The notes beneath the pieces were generated by a model. That model had not been told where the DNA came from and ran no database searches. It worked only from the letters and a program-made list of their open reading frames with translations. The position numbers and the translations under genes were made by a program. Shown here in pieces: positions 14,001 to 24,512 of a stretch of DNA of 64,000 bases. Source of the stretch: Vicugna vicugna (lineage: Eukaryota); the NCBI GenBank assembly GCA_013265495.1, contig MU058687.1, positions 2,110,001 through 2,174,000 of the forward strand, in the 5' to 3' direction. Positions within the stretch are counted from its first letter, which is position 1, and each line of letters opens with the position of its first letter.

Positions 14001-14846
14001 GGTTGTGCTTTCATTATCATTTGTCTCAAGGTATTTTTTAATTTCAGCTTTGATTTCCTCATTGATCCATTGTTTTTTCAATAACATATTGTTTAATCTC
14101 CATGCTTTTCTTTTTTTCTCCTTTGTTTCTCTGTTGTTGATTTCCAGTTTCATGGCATTGTGGTCAGTAAAGATGCTTGAGATAATTTCTATCTTCTTAA
14201 ATTTGTTGAGGTTTCTTTTGTGTCCAAGTACATGATCGATCCTGGAAAATGTTCCATGTGCACTTGAAAAGAATGTATATTCTATTTTTTGGGGGTGTAA
14301 AGCTCTGAAAATATCCACCAAATCTAGTTTTTCTATTGTAGTATTTAATTTCTCTGTTGCCTTGTTTATTTTCTGTCTGGAAGATCTGTCTAGTGATGTT
14401 AATGCAGTGTTAAAATCTCCAACTATGATTGTATTCCCATCAATATCCCCCTTTATCTCTGTTAGTAATTCTTGTATGTACTTAGGTGCTCCTATATTGG
14501 GTGCATATATATTAACGAGTGTAATATCTTCATCTTGTATCACTCCTTTAATCATTATAAAATGTCCTTCTTTATCTTTCTTTATGGCCTTTGTTTTAAA
14601 GTCTATTTTGTCTGAAATCAGTACTGCAACACCTGCTTTTTTGGCTTTTCCATTTGCATGGAATATCCTTTTCCATCCTTTCACTCTCAATCTATATGTG
14701 TCCTTCTCCCTAAAGTGGGTCTCTTGTATGCAGCATATTGAAGGTTCTTGCTTTATTATCCAGTCTGCCACTCTATGTCTTTTGACTGGAGCATTTAGTC
14801 CATTAACATTTACAGTAATTAATGATAGATGTGTGTTTATTGCCAT
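11049..14846 (-). CDS. LINE-1 ORF2p (1265 aa): APE endonuclease, reverse transcriptase, C-terminal CCHC
   Basis: EN motifs [71 protein letters not shown]. Confidence 0.99.
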   Translation of the reverse strand: MAINTHLSLITVNVNGLNAPVKRHRVADWIIKQEPSICCIQETHFREKDTYRLRVKGWKRIFHANGKAKKAGVAVLISDKIDFKTKAIKKDKEGHFIMIKGVIQDEDITLVNIYAPNIGAPKYIQELLTEIKGDIDGNTIIVGDFNTALTSLDRSSRQKINKATEKLNTTIEKLDLVDIFRALHPQKIEYTFFSSAHGTFSRIDHVLGHKRNLNKFKKIEIISSIFTDHNAMKLEINNRETKEKKRKAWRLNNMLLKKQWINEEIKAEIKKYLETNDNESTTTQNLWDTAKAVLRGKFIAIQAFLKKEEQSQINKLTHHLNQLEKEEQKAPKSSRRKEIIKIREELNTIEINKTIEKINQTKSWFFEKVNKIDKPLAKLTKKKKERAQISKIRKENGEITTNKIEIQNIIREYYEKLYGTKLDNLEEMDKFLETYCPPKLNQEETEHLNNPITRKEIEIAIKNLPTNKSPGPDGFTGEFYQTYKEELIPVLLKLFQTIEKEGILPNSFYEATITLIPKPGKDTTKKENYRPISLMNIDAKILTKILANRIQQHIKKIIHHDQVGFIPGTQGWFNIRKSINVIHHINKRKDKNHMIISIDAEKAFDKIQHPFMIKTLAKVGIEGTYLNIIKAIYDKPTASIVLNGEKLKSFPLKSGTRQGCPLSPLLFNIVLEVLATAIRQEKEIKGIQIGKEEVKVSLYADDMLLYIENPKRSTKKLLELIEEFSKVAGYKINVQKSVAFLYTNDKSTEKESKETIPFKIAPKVIKYLGINLTKEVKELYTENYKPLMKEIKEDFKKWKDIPCSWIGRINIVKMVTLPKAIYRFNAIPIQLPRTYFTELEQIIIKFIWNHQRPRIAKALLKRKKEAGGITLPDFRQYYRATVIKTAWYWYQNRHIDQWNRIESPEMNPQTFGQLIFDKGGKNIQWNKDSLFSKWCWENWTAACKTMKLEHTLTPYTKINSKWIKDLNIRQDTINLLEENIGKTLSDIHFKNFLLEEIKARINKWDLMKLTSFCRAKETRNKTRRKPTEWEKIFASETDKGLISKIYKQLIRLNKKKINNPIQKWAEDLNKQFSKEDIQMIKKHMKKCSISLIIREMQIKTTMRYHLTPVRMAVIQKSKNDKCWRGCGERGTLLHCWWECSLVQPLWKTVWRFLKRLGIDLPYDPGIPLLGLYPEGNLLQDDTCTPMFIAALFTIAKTWKQPKCPSTGDWIKKMWYIYTMEYYSAIKTDNIMPFAATWMLLENVILSEVSQKEKEKYHMRSLICGI

Positions 14847-15058
14847 TTTGAACTTATCTTTGCAGTTGAATTGGTATATCCTCTTTGTTCCTTTCTTCTT
14901 CCTTTTGTGGTTTGGTAATTTTCCTTTGTATTATCATGGATTTTATTTAATTTTTGTGACTCCCTTGTAAATTTTTGACTTGTGGTTACCCTTTTTTGTA
15001 AATCTATTAACCTATACCCGTTTTTAATAAACTGATAATAACATGATCTCAAACCCAT
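14837..15058 (-). CDS. Putative 73-aa ORF in the L1 inter-ORF spacer, overlapping the ORF2 start
   Basis: ATG in AGG-ATG-G context; ends AAATGGCAATAA, which contains the ORF2 ATG. Translation is not shown. Confidence 0.35.
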   Translation of the reverse strand: MGLRSCYYQFIKNGYRLIDLQKRVTTSQKFTRESQKLNKIHDNTKENYQTTKGRRKEQRGYTNSTAKISSKWQ

Positions 15059-15243
15059 CCTACTGTTAAAAAAATTTAAAAAAGAAAGAAAAAAAATTCT
15101 ATATTTCCCTGCCTCCCTCTCCCACTCTCAGTGATTTGTATGTCTTCTTTTATAATTTCGTGTTTTCTTTATTTGTAATTCATGAGTTATCACCTTTCCA
15201 GTTGTACGTTTCTCATTTCTGTAGCATCCTGCTGCTTTTCTAT

Positions 15244-16146
15244 TTAGAATAGCCCTTTCAATATTTCTTTTAGCATGGGTTTAGTGTTGCTAAACTCCTG
15301 CAGCTTTTTTTTGTCTGTGAAACTCTTTATTTCTCCTTCTATCCTAAAGGATAGCCTTGCTGGATAAAGTATCCTAGGCTGCATCTTTTTTTCATTCAGG
15401 GCTTTGAATATATCTTGCCACTCCCTTCTGGCCTGTAGTGTTTGTGTAGAGAAATCAGCTGAGAGCCTTATGGGGGTTCCCTTGTAGTTCACTCTTTGCT
15501 TTTCTCTTGCTGCCTTTAGAATCATTTCTTTATCCTTGACTCTGGCCATCTTGATTATGATATGTCTTGGTGTGGGTCTATTTGGGTTCTTCCTGTTTGG
15601 GACCCTCTGAGCTTCCTGTACTTGGATATCTGATTCCTTCTTTAAGTTTGGGAAGTTTTCAGTCATGATTTCTTCAAAAACCTTTTCAATCCCCTTTGAT
15701 CCTTCTTCCCCTTCTGGGACCCCTATTATGCGAAGATTGGGACGCTTTATATTATCCCATAGGTCCCTTATGCTATTATCATTATTTTTTATTTGCTTAT
15801 CTTGTAGTTCTTCTGAATGGGTGCTTTCTGTTGCCCTGTCTTCTAGATCACTAATTCGTTCCTCTGCATTAACTAGTCGGCTTTGCACAGCTGTTAGATC
15901 ATTCCTCATCTCTGTCAATGAGTTTTCCCATTTTGCTTGGCTCTTCTTTATAGCTTCAATTTCATTTTTGACATATTTTATTTCTCTAAGCATTATCTCT
16001 TTTAATTCCTTCAGCAATTTGATCACTCCTTTTTTGAAATCTTGATCTAGTAGGCTATCGATGTCTATTTCATTGAGCTTTCTTTCAGGGGATTCCTCTT
16101 GTTCTTTTAATTGGGAAAGGTTTCTCTGCTTCTTCATCTTGCTCAT
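15244..16146 (-). CDS. LINE-1 ORF1p (300 aa), RNA-binding/chaperone protein
   Basis: Uninterrupted ORF with coiled-coil-like N-half and the motifs DNIKRPNLRIIGVPE, ENFPNL, TPRHIIIK, ARREW and YPARLSF. Confidence 0.97.
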   Translation of the reverse strand: MSKMKKQRNLSQLKEQEESPERKLNEIDIDSLLDQDFKKGVIKLLKELKEIMLREIKYVKNEIEAIKKSQAKWENSLTEMRNDLTAVQSRLVNAEERISDLEDRATESTHSEELQDKQIKNNDNSIRDLWDNIKRPNLRIIGVPEGEEGSKGIEKVFEEIMTENFPNLKKESDIQVQEAQRVPNRKNPNRPTPRHIIIKMARVKDKEMILKAAREKQRVNYKGTPIRLSADFSTQTLQARREWQDIFKALNEKKMQPRILYPARLSFRIEGEIKSFTDKKKLQEFSNTKPMLKEILKGLF

Positions 16147-16689
16147 ACCTCTCTGGCACTGTGGTTTATGGAGTATCAGTTGTCTATTTTGGATCTTAAG
16201 GATTTTATCTATCTAATGCCTATTTAGGAATAGAACTTAGAAAAGAAAAAAGAAAAAAAAAGAAAAATGAAGAGAGAGAGAGAAAGATTTTTAAAAGAAG
16301 GGAGAAAGAGGGTTTGATAACAATGTATAATGAATAATAGAAGAGCGGGTTGAAGCAGAGTATTAATCGGGTGGAGACGTCCTTTTAAAACCTTAAAAAA
16401 AAAAAGGGGGGTGGGGAGATGAATATATGTGTTTGAAGCCTGTGTCTAATCAATAACAGGACATCAAAACCCAAGAGAAATAGAAATGAATTAAGAAGTA
16501 AAAATTAAAAGAGTAATTGAAAATAGAACAGGTAAAAACCGATTAAAACAAAACAGAAACAAAAACAGAAAACAAAAAAAACAAAGCAAAACAAAAACAA
16601 AAAAAAAAAAAAGGGGGGGTTGTCGGTGTTCTCCTGGAGTCTGTGTGCTTTTAATGTGAAGTCCTTCTGTCTTCGTCCTGTTTTGGAAG

Positions 16690-17933
16690 CTCAGCTTGTT
16701 TTCATAGGCCCTCCGTTGGCGCCCTCTTCTGTGCTGCTCCCAGCACCTGTCGGCAAGCAGATCGCGCCTCCTCCTAACACGGGGTCAGATGCAGCTCTCC
16801 TCTGCTGCGGGCGGGCGGGTCACTGCCCCTCTGGATGCCGCAGACAGATGTTGCAGACTGGCCAGGCAGGAGGGCGGGTCGTGCCCCTTCCCAGCACCTC
16901 GGTCAGGGGTTGTGTTCCTGCCCGACAGGCGGGGGGCCGCTCTCCCCCTGCCTGCGCCGCCGGTAGCTCCGCTGCTCTGTGCGGCTGCGCGCTCTGCGCC
17001 GGCGCTCCGCCCTGGTCGCGCTCCGCCCCGGTCGGCGCTCCGCCCTGGTCGCGCTCCGCGGGTGGGCTCGGGGAAGACCCAGGGGCAGCCTCGTCCCTGC
17101 TCCGAGCCAAGACCCAGCTGCTTGTTTGTCTTTGTGGAGCAAGTTCTCTGGGGGACCAGAATGGAAGGGTCCTATCTGCCCAGGGCTGTAGGCCCGTCTC
17201 AGTCTGGCCCTTGAGGCTGCTAAGCCCTTCGGTGCGGACGCAGGTTTCGTCTCTGCCCCCGCCTGGGTGTTAAGCGCCGGAGAATATGGCGGCTCTGCCT
17301 GGGCCCCGCCCCTCTTCCCCTGAAAAGTTTCCGCGTGTTTTCAGAGATGGGGGTATGCACCCTTCCCCCGAGAGCACATCAACCTTGCTGTTTTATGGAG
17401 GGCCCAGGTTGTTCTGTCCTGTACACCCACAGCCCCGGCGCCCAGCCCCTTGCAGTCCCCCGGAGTTTCCTCCGTGCAGCCGCCCCCGTCCTCCGCCCAG
17501 ATTATGCAGCCTGGCCCTGCCCGCTGCTGCCGGCCCGTGTCTCAGGTTGGGTGTCTGGGGGACGCTCTGTGCCCGTTTAACTTAGTTCTGTCAGACAAGG
17601 GCTGCTCTGTACAGATCCGAGCCTCGGAGGCTCCCCCTCCGTCCCGCTGGCCTCTCAGTTGGAGAGGGGAGACCCAGCGAGCAAGCGCCAGTCCTCCTTT
17701 GCCGCTCCCTCCCCGCGGGACCCGTCCCGCGCTGCTTTGCCTTTTGTTCTTTCTTTTTTCCTTTTCTCCTACCAGATTTTTGGCGTCTTTATCTTTTGAA
17801 GAGGGCGATGATCTGTTGGAGTTCCGCAGGTGCTCTGGTTGGCTGAGTGGGTCTGTAGATGTGGGTCTTGGTGTATTTGTGGGAGAGGGTGGCTTACAAG
17901 AGTCCTTCTACTCCGCCATCTTGCCTGGAAGTC
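16690..17933 (-). promoter_or_regulatory. L1 5'UTR internal promoter / CpG island with 5' YY1 motif
   Basis: The only extended CpG-rich segment in the window; CAAGATGGCG (minus strand, 17914-17923) about 10 nt from the 5' end, the usual position of the L1 YY1 site. Confidence 0.85.
17002..17059. repeat. Tandem repeat, ~3.5 copies of 16-17-bp GCGCTCCGCCCYGGTC(G), in the L1 5'UTR
   Basis: gcgctccgccctggtc / gcgctccgccccggtcg / gcgctccgccctggtc / gcgctccgc; full units carry a CCGCCC GC box. Confidence 0.9.
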
Positions 17934-19037
17934 AGCACATTTTTTTTTTTCCTTATGAAAATGAGAAACAGAGCTTTTTTCCCTTATCTAGAAAAAGGCT
18001 TGTAGCAAAAAAGTTATAAACAAATTTGAATGTTTTGGAATAGGAAAAATACGTAGGAGCCTGACATCTTTTAACTTTTTGATCTTGTGATCTACAGAAG
18101 TACTACAAAGGTACTAAATTGTTTCCATTGAAAGATGGGAGCTTCTTTTTGACAGAATATTAACCATTCTGTTTAGTTAGCTAAACTAACATTTTGTAGT
18201 TGACTAAATCATTATTAAAATTCAACAAATCTGATTTTTTTAAAAATTATAATCTCTGAGCCAGTAGTGTATGAAGGCCACAGGACTGGATAAATTGGCC
18301 TATATAAATTGGAAGAAGAAATATTTTCTCTGCTTCATAGCTAGCATGACATTTTTGCATGCTATATCATAGTGTTTACGTGCAAACACATAATGCCATG
18401 AAGTTCTGGCTTTTTTCCTCCTCTGTAAATTGTGCTAACGATTTCTTGTATAGGATTAAATTTCCTCAAGGCAAGTTCTTCTGAAGGATTACGTAGAATT
18501 AGCAGATGCTGGCAGATGATGCTAGGCATTTCCAGATTCTGTTAAAATGATGGTACTTTCATGTAATAAGTATTCTGTAAGGCATAATTTATTTTTTTGT
18601 TGAAGAAAATACATATCTCCCTAGAGCACAGCCTTAAAATCTTGGTGATATTTCTGTGTCATTGGCATTACTCTAATTACCTATAACTTATAGACAAGTT
18701 TAGTCCAAGCTCGTCCAAGAACAGTGAGTCTCCTTAAATGCTGTTGACAAGAATAGAAAATGTACAGGGACAGGAAGATTTTAGGTTACTAATACCTTTC
18801 TTGATCCAGCAGATTTTTTTGAGTTTACCCCCTTTATTAGAGTATGAGGAGGAAATCCATGATAAAAAGGATCAAAGAAATGCTGCATGTTGTAGTGCTT
18901 ACAGGTGGTTGGAAATGAATGGGGAGAAGAATTCACAGACTTTCTAATAAAGCAACAGTTTTAATTTCCTAATTGGAAATATTCAAATAGAGGGGCCCAT
19001 AGACATTGCAGAGTAGAACTTGCAGTACATGTAGAGC

Positions 19038-19356
19038 CAGGATCAGCAAACCTCTGTGAAGAGCCAGATAACAAATATTTGGGGGCTTTGTGGGTGATAT
19101 GTTCTCCATTGAAACTCCTCAACCCTGCAGCTGTAGTGTGAAAGAAGTCAGAAGCGATAGGTCATTGAACCAGCCTGGCTGTGTTCCAATAAACCTTTAT
19201 TTATAGACACTGAAATTTGAATTTTGTGTCATGTCTATATATCACAAAATACTCTTCTTTTGATTTTTTCCCCCTAGTGATTTAGAACTGTAAAAACCAT
19301 TCTTAGCTCACAGTCCATACAAAAATGGTTGACAGGCTGTTGTTTGCTGACCCCTA
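19038..19356. mobile_element. MER58-like hAT MITE
   Basis: Terminal inverted repeats caggatcagcaaac / gtttgctgacccct; internal ggctgtgttccaataaa. Confidence 0.8.
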
Positions 19357-20312
19357 ATCTCAGTTAGTGACACTGCTAGCCAAGAAAGCGTATAACACAG
19401 TGGTGGAGTAGAATGTCTGTCTTATGGCCTAATGAGCTTTTTAAGCCCTCCTTACTATCAGGAGGAATTAAAAAATGTAAAATTTGCTTTATCTTCAAGG
19501 CAAGATGGTAGTAATAAAGTAGTAATATGAGAGAATGTGTAATAAGACTCAATGGAGTTAGAGTTAGACCACTAATACTCTTAGGAATTTGCTAAAAACA
19601 CAAGAACAACATGATTAAATTCGGCAGGCACAGTTCCTCGAACTCAGAAGTAGGAAGGATGCAGTACCAGTGAGGATGTCTTCTGCATTTAACTGCAGAG
19701 CTCTTTGAAGATTCTAAATCCATCAGAATCCGTGGTAAAGTGTTATGAGACATTTCTTATAATGACACTTGAGAATGATCCCACTTAACAAGTACAGAAG
19801 AAAATAAAATGAAAGAACCTTTAAAGAAATCAGGTATGTTTTATTGGCTCTTGCTGCAACAAATCTCTTGGATCTGTTACTCAGAGACAAGCTTAAGTGA
19901 GTAAAGCACTGCTACTTAATTTAACCAGCATTTTTAGGATTTAGTGTTGGCGAGATACTTGGAAATGTTGCAAAATACAAAGTATTTTCAGATTTTTGAG
20001 ATACAGACTGGGATTTTGCCAAGCCTACTCTTTATGCAGCATGGTGAGAATGCTTCTTCCATCTTCTAGAGCACGTGAACAAAATTGGCTAGGTTGGAAG
20101 GAAACATCCCAGTCAAGGAAATAGTTAATACTGTAAAGAATAGAGAAATTTTTCTTGAGCCAGATAAATCAAATTTGATGATTAGGTGGGAGAAATGCAG
20201 CATCAGAAGCAGACTCAACTAATCAGCTGTTGGCAGTTGGACAGAATAAACTGACTTGAACAGAATTCCATGGAGCAGAAGTTTTATTTCATTGAGTTCA
20301 AATGGAGTTTTT

Positions 20313-20563
20313 TCCTTTTTTGGTAATTTTTTAATTGAAGTATGGTTATTTACAATGTCATGTTTCACATGTACAGCAAAGTGATTTAGTTATGCATATA
20401 TATATATCTATATATCTATATTCTTTTTCAGATTCTTTTCCATTACAGGTTATTACAAGATATTGAATATAGTTCCCTGTGCTATATACAGTAGGTCCTT
20501 GTTGTTTATTTTATATATAGTAGTGTGTATATGTTAATCCCAACTCCTAATTTATCTCTCCTG
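20313..20563 (-). mobile_element. 5'-truncated L1 3'-end fragment
   Basis: Similar to the L1 3'UTR (ttccctgtgctata..cagt); exact 14-bp TSD caaatggagttttt at 20299-20312 and 20564-20577. Confidence 0.88.
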
Positions 20564-21128
20564 CAAATGGAGTTTTTATATTTTTATTCTTAGCCTTCTT
20601 TTTTTGGAAATGAATTTCATTGTATCCACTTGATGTCAAGAAGACATTACATTTAGAAAGTGTAACTTTTTTCATACTAATTTTTTTTTCTGTTCATGAA
20701 GTTTTGTTTGCTACTTTGTAAATGGTTGGAAAACCTGAAAGATGCTCAATGTCTTAAAGTTGTATAGCTTCATTTGAAACTGATAGTTGACAGTATTTAA
20801 AAATAAAATTGATTGGTAAATTTTTGTTATTTAATATACTAAAGCAGGTTGAGATTTCTTCTGTGAGCTTTTTAATAACTTTTTATTGCTAAACCGACAG
20901 AGTGACTTGAGATCTTTTAAAAGTACTTTAAAATATAAGTAAAAGTTTTACAATTCTCTTCTTCTATTTCTTTTTTTGCAGGGGGGGAGGGGAGCAATAA
21001 ACTTACCTCTATGAGTTAACTATGAAATTTACATTTCTGATTGGCTAATAAACTGGACTGAAATTAGGGAAGCTTTTGATCTTTTGATTTGAAAACCAGA
21101 AGGCAAATGGATAGTGCTTTGTTTTTGA

Positions 21129-21260
<132 letters not shown>

Positions 21261-21316
21261 TGAAGATTCTAATAATTCCAGGAGTGTCTCACTGAGAATA
21301 TGATAGTTGTCTGTGA

Positions 21317-21485
21317 TAGTGGTTCTCAAACTTCAGGATATAAGAGCTACCTGGGGAACTATTAAAATTATAAATTCCTGAGCTCCTAGAAATCAGATGG
21401 GTCTAGAATTGCCTCTGAAATCTGCATTTTTCATAAGCACCTGTGGTGATTTTTATGCAGATAGTTCAGACTTTGAGAATCATTG
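21317..21485. mobile_element. MER5-like hAT MITE
   Basis: TIRs tagtggttctcaaa / tttgagaatcattg. Confidence 0.75.
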
Positions 21486-22682
21486 ATCCAGAAAGGTTAT
21501 AGTATTAAGGATGGGACTTTGGGAAATTGCTTTTTATTAGAACCAGAAAGTAATCTCATGTGTTACTGGATGTTAAAATATTCTTATTTTCACATAGGGA
21601 GAATTTATTTTTATAACTTTATTTATAAATGATCATAGTGTTCTGGATGAATTAGAAAAACCTCTTCTTTCTGAAGTTTAGTAGAGAGCATTCTGAATAA
21701 CGCTGGTGTATATTAATGATCAGTTCTTTATTTTTACCACTTAAACAGCAATATGTTCATGTTCTGTACACTTGCTTGGTGCCACACTAATTGTGAACCT
21801 ATGAGAATTTCATATAGCTCCTTTGGACTATAGTTTTCTTAATCTAAATAAGGGATTTGTAGCTCCCTAAAGTCTTTCCTACCTCTGAAACCAAAAATTT
21901 TTCTCCAAAGGTTAAGTGATTGAAGGACCAAGGCACTGTGGCTACAGGTCCAGGTTGATCCAGATAGGCTCCTCAGTAACTGAAGGGATTCTGGGACTGT
22001 GAGACTTAGGATGCAAGTCCTGATTTTGGAGAGAGACCATGAGGAGGTATTTCACTGTGCCTCAGAGTTGTAGGCATAGATGGAGTTGTTGAACTTCCTA
22101 CTATAATGGAGGTCGTTGTGAGTACATTTGTATTCCTTCCTGATTCTGAAGCAGCTAGGTGTCATTGGAAGCTATGCATGTATACTCCCAGGTGGGCTCC
22201 AGCTAGGGTCTTGATTGTCTTATCTTATACCAGGATAGTCTGGTTGTCTTTCCATGAATGAACTGGAGCATACTTTCAGAATTACTAATATTTGCTCTTT
22301 TTCTTTGCTTTTACTTGATCACAATAATAAAATAAAACTATTTATTTATCATAATGCATCTCTTAAAGGTTACGATGTGTATACAGAGGTGTAAGAAAAT
22401 ATGGACCTATTACAACAGATTAAGTTTGGGGCTTTTGGAAAGCCTTCCCACTGATAAGGAATCCTTGGTATATTATGGAAGATTGTAGAATATTTTATAG
22501 CCGGGCTTTCCTCTTTAATCTCTGCCTCAATTTCACACATTTTGCTGATATTTAGATGTGTAGCATACTCAGCTCAAAACTATGTTATTTTCTGTTTCTA
22601 TGTCTTTGTTTATTTTGATCTCTCTGCCTGAAATCTCATCTTCATCTTTCCATGAATGGCTGGTCATTCTCCAAAGTTCTCC

Positions 22683-23627
22683 TGTTGCACGTCTGAGGCA
22701 TATTTATGGACTACACCCGTGGATTTTCTTGCCCTCATTTCCTGTTGTGTTTGGCCAATAGAGGCAACTACAGAAGTATGGAGGGAGGGAGGGAGGTGAA
22801 AAAGACTGGATGTGTTAGTCATCAAGCTTTATTATGATGATACTGTTGAAGAGTCCCAGATTTCAGTGGTTTGCTACATTAATCTTGCTGTGGGCTTGGG
22901 GGTTGGCTGTGGTTCAGCTGATCTTACGTGGGCTCAGCTGGTCTCTAGGCTTCAAGTTAGGTTTGTATCTACTCATATTTTCTTATTCTGGGACCTAGGC
23001 TAAAGGACCAATGGCTCTGTGTGGCAGGGACTTCTCATGGCAACTGATATGAATGCCAAGTGACTAAATCAGACCATGTTTGAATATTTAAAGCTTTTGC
23101 TTGAATCACATTGCTAATGTTCAGCAACCTAAAGCAAGGCGTGTGACAAAAGCCCAGTGTCCATGGGATGAAGAAGTGTGCTCTTCCTCAAGGGAAAAGC
23201 TGTGTGGAGTTCCTTGGCAAAGGGCAAAGGGTGTGTGGCTGTATCATTCTATTATAGGGAAGTGGTGAAGAGTTGGAGACAATATGCAGTGTGTACCATG
23301 TTGGATTACAGCTTTCCCTGACTCCCTTTCTGTTGGACTGCTGGTTGGTAGTGGTTGTGTTCTTCTGCTAAAGGCTGCTGCTCCTATTTGGCAGCCTTCT
23401 CCTATAACCACAGTTGTCTCTCTGTGCTCTGGTAACCGTTCTTTCCCCTTGCTTCTTCAGATCTGGGAAGGATAAAGACTCCCTGGTGTGCTGGCTCCAG
23501 GATGCTTCAACATCCCTTTGGTTTCTCTCAGTACTGTCTATACTTTTGTAAATGATCACTTCACTGGAGGAAGTCTCAGATACCACATTTAAGTGTGCAT
23601 GTGTTCCTAAAGGTATTCTGGCTGATA
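22683..23627. mobile_element. ERVL-type solo LTR (LTR33-like) interrupted by an MLT1-like LTR at 22811-23300
   Basis: tttggccaata..ggtaaccgttctttcccc..ttttgtaaat motifs on either side of an MLT-like block bounded by ctgga / ttgga. Confidence 0.6.
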
Positions 23628-24333
23628 TTCTCAGTGTAGGCATCATCTCCTAGAACCTTTAATTCTTTTCTTGCCCTGTACTTACTGCTTTCTCATCACT
23701 TACCGTATTACATTATTGTTTATAGATGCACGCCTTTTCTGTTGAAGCTTTTCAAAGGCAGGAATTTTTTTTATTGTTTGCTACCACAATAGATAACACA
23801 TTGCCTGGCATGTAGTAAGCTCTTAATAAATAATTATTGGGGAACACAGATAAGGGGAAAATTCTCTTCTTTTTTTCCCCATCAAGCAGAATTGTACACA
23901 GAACCTCAAGTTATGAAACAACTAAACCTGTTTTGATTAAAGCAAGATCCTAGAGGAGCAGGTCCAGGGCCTGATCACTCAGCCTCTTCCTTATTCTCTG
24001 GCAGCACTCTTTTAAGGAGCTCCTGCATCAGGCATCCTAATGAATCCAGGTTGAAGACTACTGGTCTAGATAATCTCACAAAGTTCCTTCCAGTTCAGTG
24101 AGTCCCTTTTTGTATTATCAAAAATCTCAAGTGAATGTTTGAGAACCAAAAAATACTCCATTGAAGTCTGCTATTTGTCATCAAAATGTGGTCAGGTAAA
24201 TATACTATTTTAATAAATGGCCTGAGGAATAGGAAGGAATTAATATATGCCTTATGGTGACACTCATCACTATTAATTCTGTTGCCTGTCTTTAACTCAT
24301 CCTTGTACCTAGTTTGTTGATATTCTTTTAGAG

Positions 24334-24512
24334 TAGTGGTTCTCAAAATGTGGTACCCAGACCAGCTTAGAATCACTAGGGAACTTGTTAGAAATGTAAA
24401 ATTTTGGTCCTGCCCAGACCAGAATCGGAAACTTTAGGGGTAGGGCCTAGCTGTCTGTGTTTTAATAACCTTCCTGGTCCTTCTGATGCATGCTAAAGGT
24501 TGAGAACCACTG
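24334..24512. mobile_element. MER5A-like hAT MITE
   Basis: TIRs tagtggttctcaa / ttgagaaccactg; 8-bp TSD ttttagag / ttttagaa. Confidence 0.88.

Larger units (their letters stand above)
10712..17933 (-). mobile_element. Full-length LINE-1 (~7.2 kb), antisense in GPATCH2L intron 2
   Basis: 5'UTR 17933-16147, ORF1, ~400-nt spacer, ORF2, 3'UTR with AATAAA and a short A run; flanked by direct repeat AGCACA(T)11 at 10706-10722 and 17934-17950. Confidence 0.98.

Noticed and set aside
11551..16045. Plus-strand ORFs of 65-202 aa within the L1 (e.g. 11551-12111, 14362-14970, 15665-16045)
   Set aside because: Antisense shadows of the A-rich ORF1/ORF2 strand, with F/L/S/I-biased composition and no independent gene signals.
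16620..18019. Long plus-strand ORFs 16620-17273 (217 aa) and 17450-18019 (189 aa)
   Set aside because: Both start at TTG, and stop-poor GC-rich DNA explains their length.
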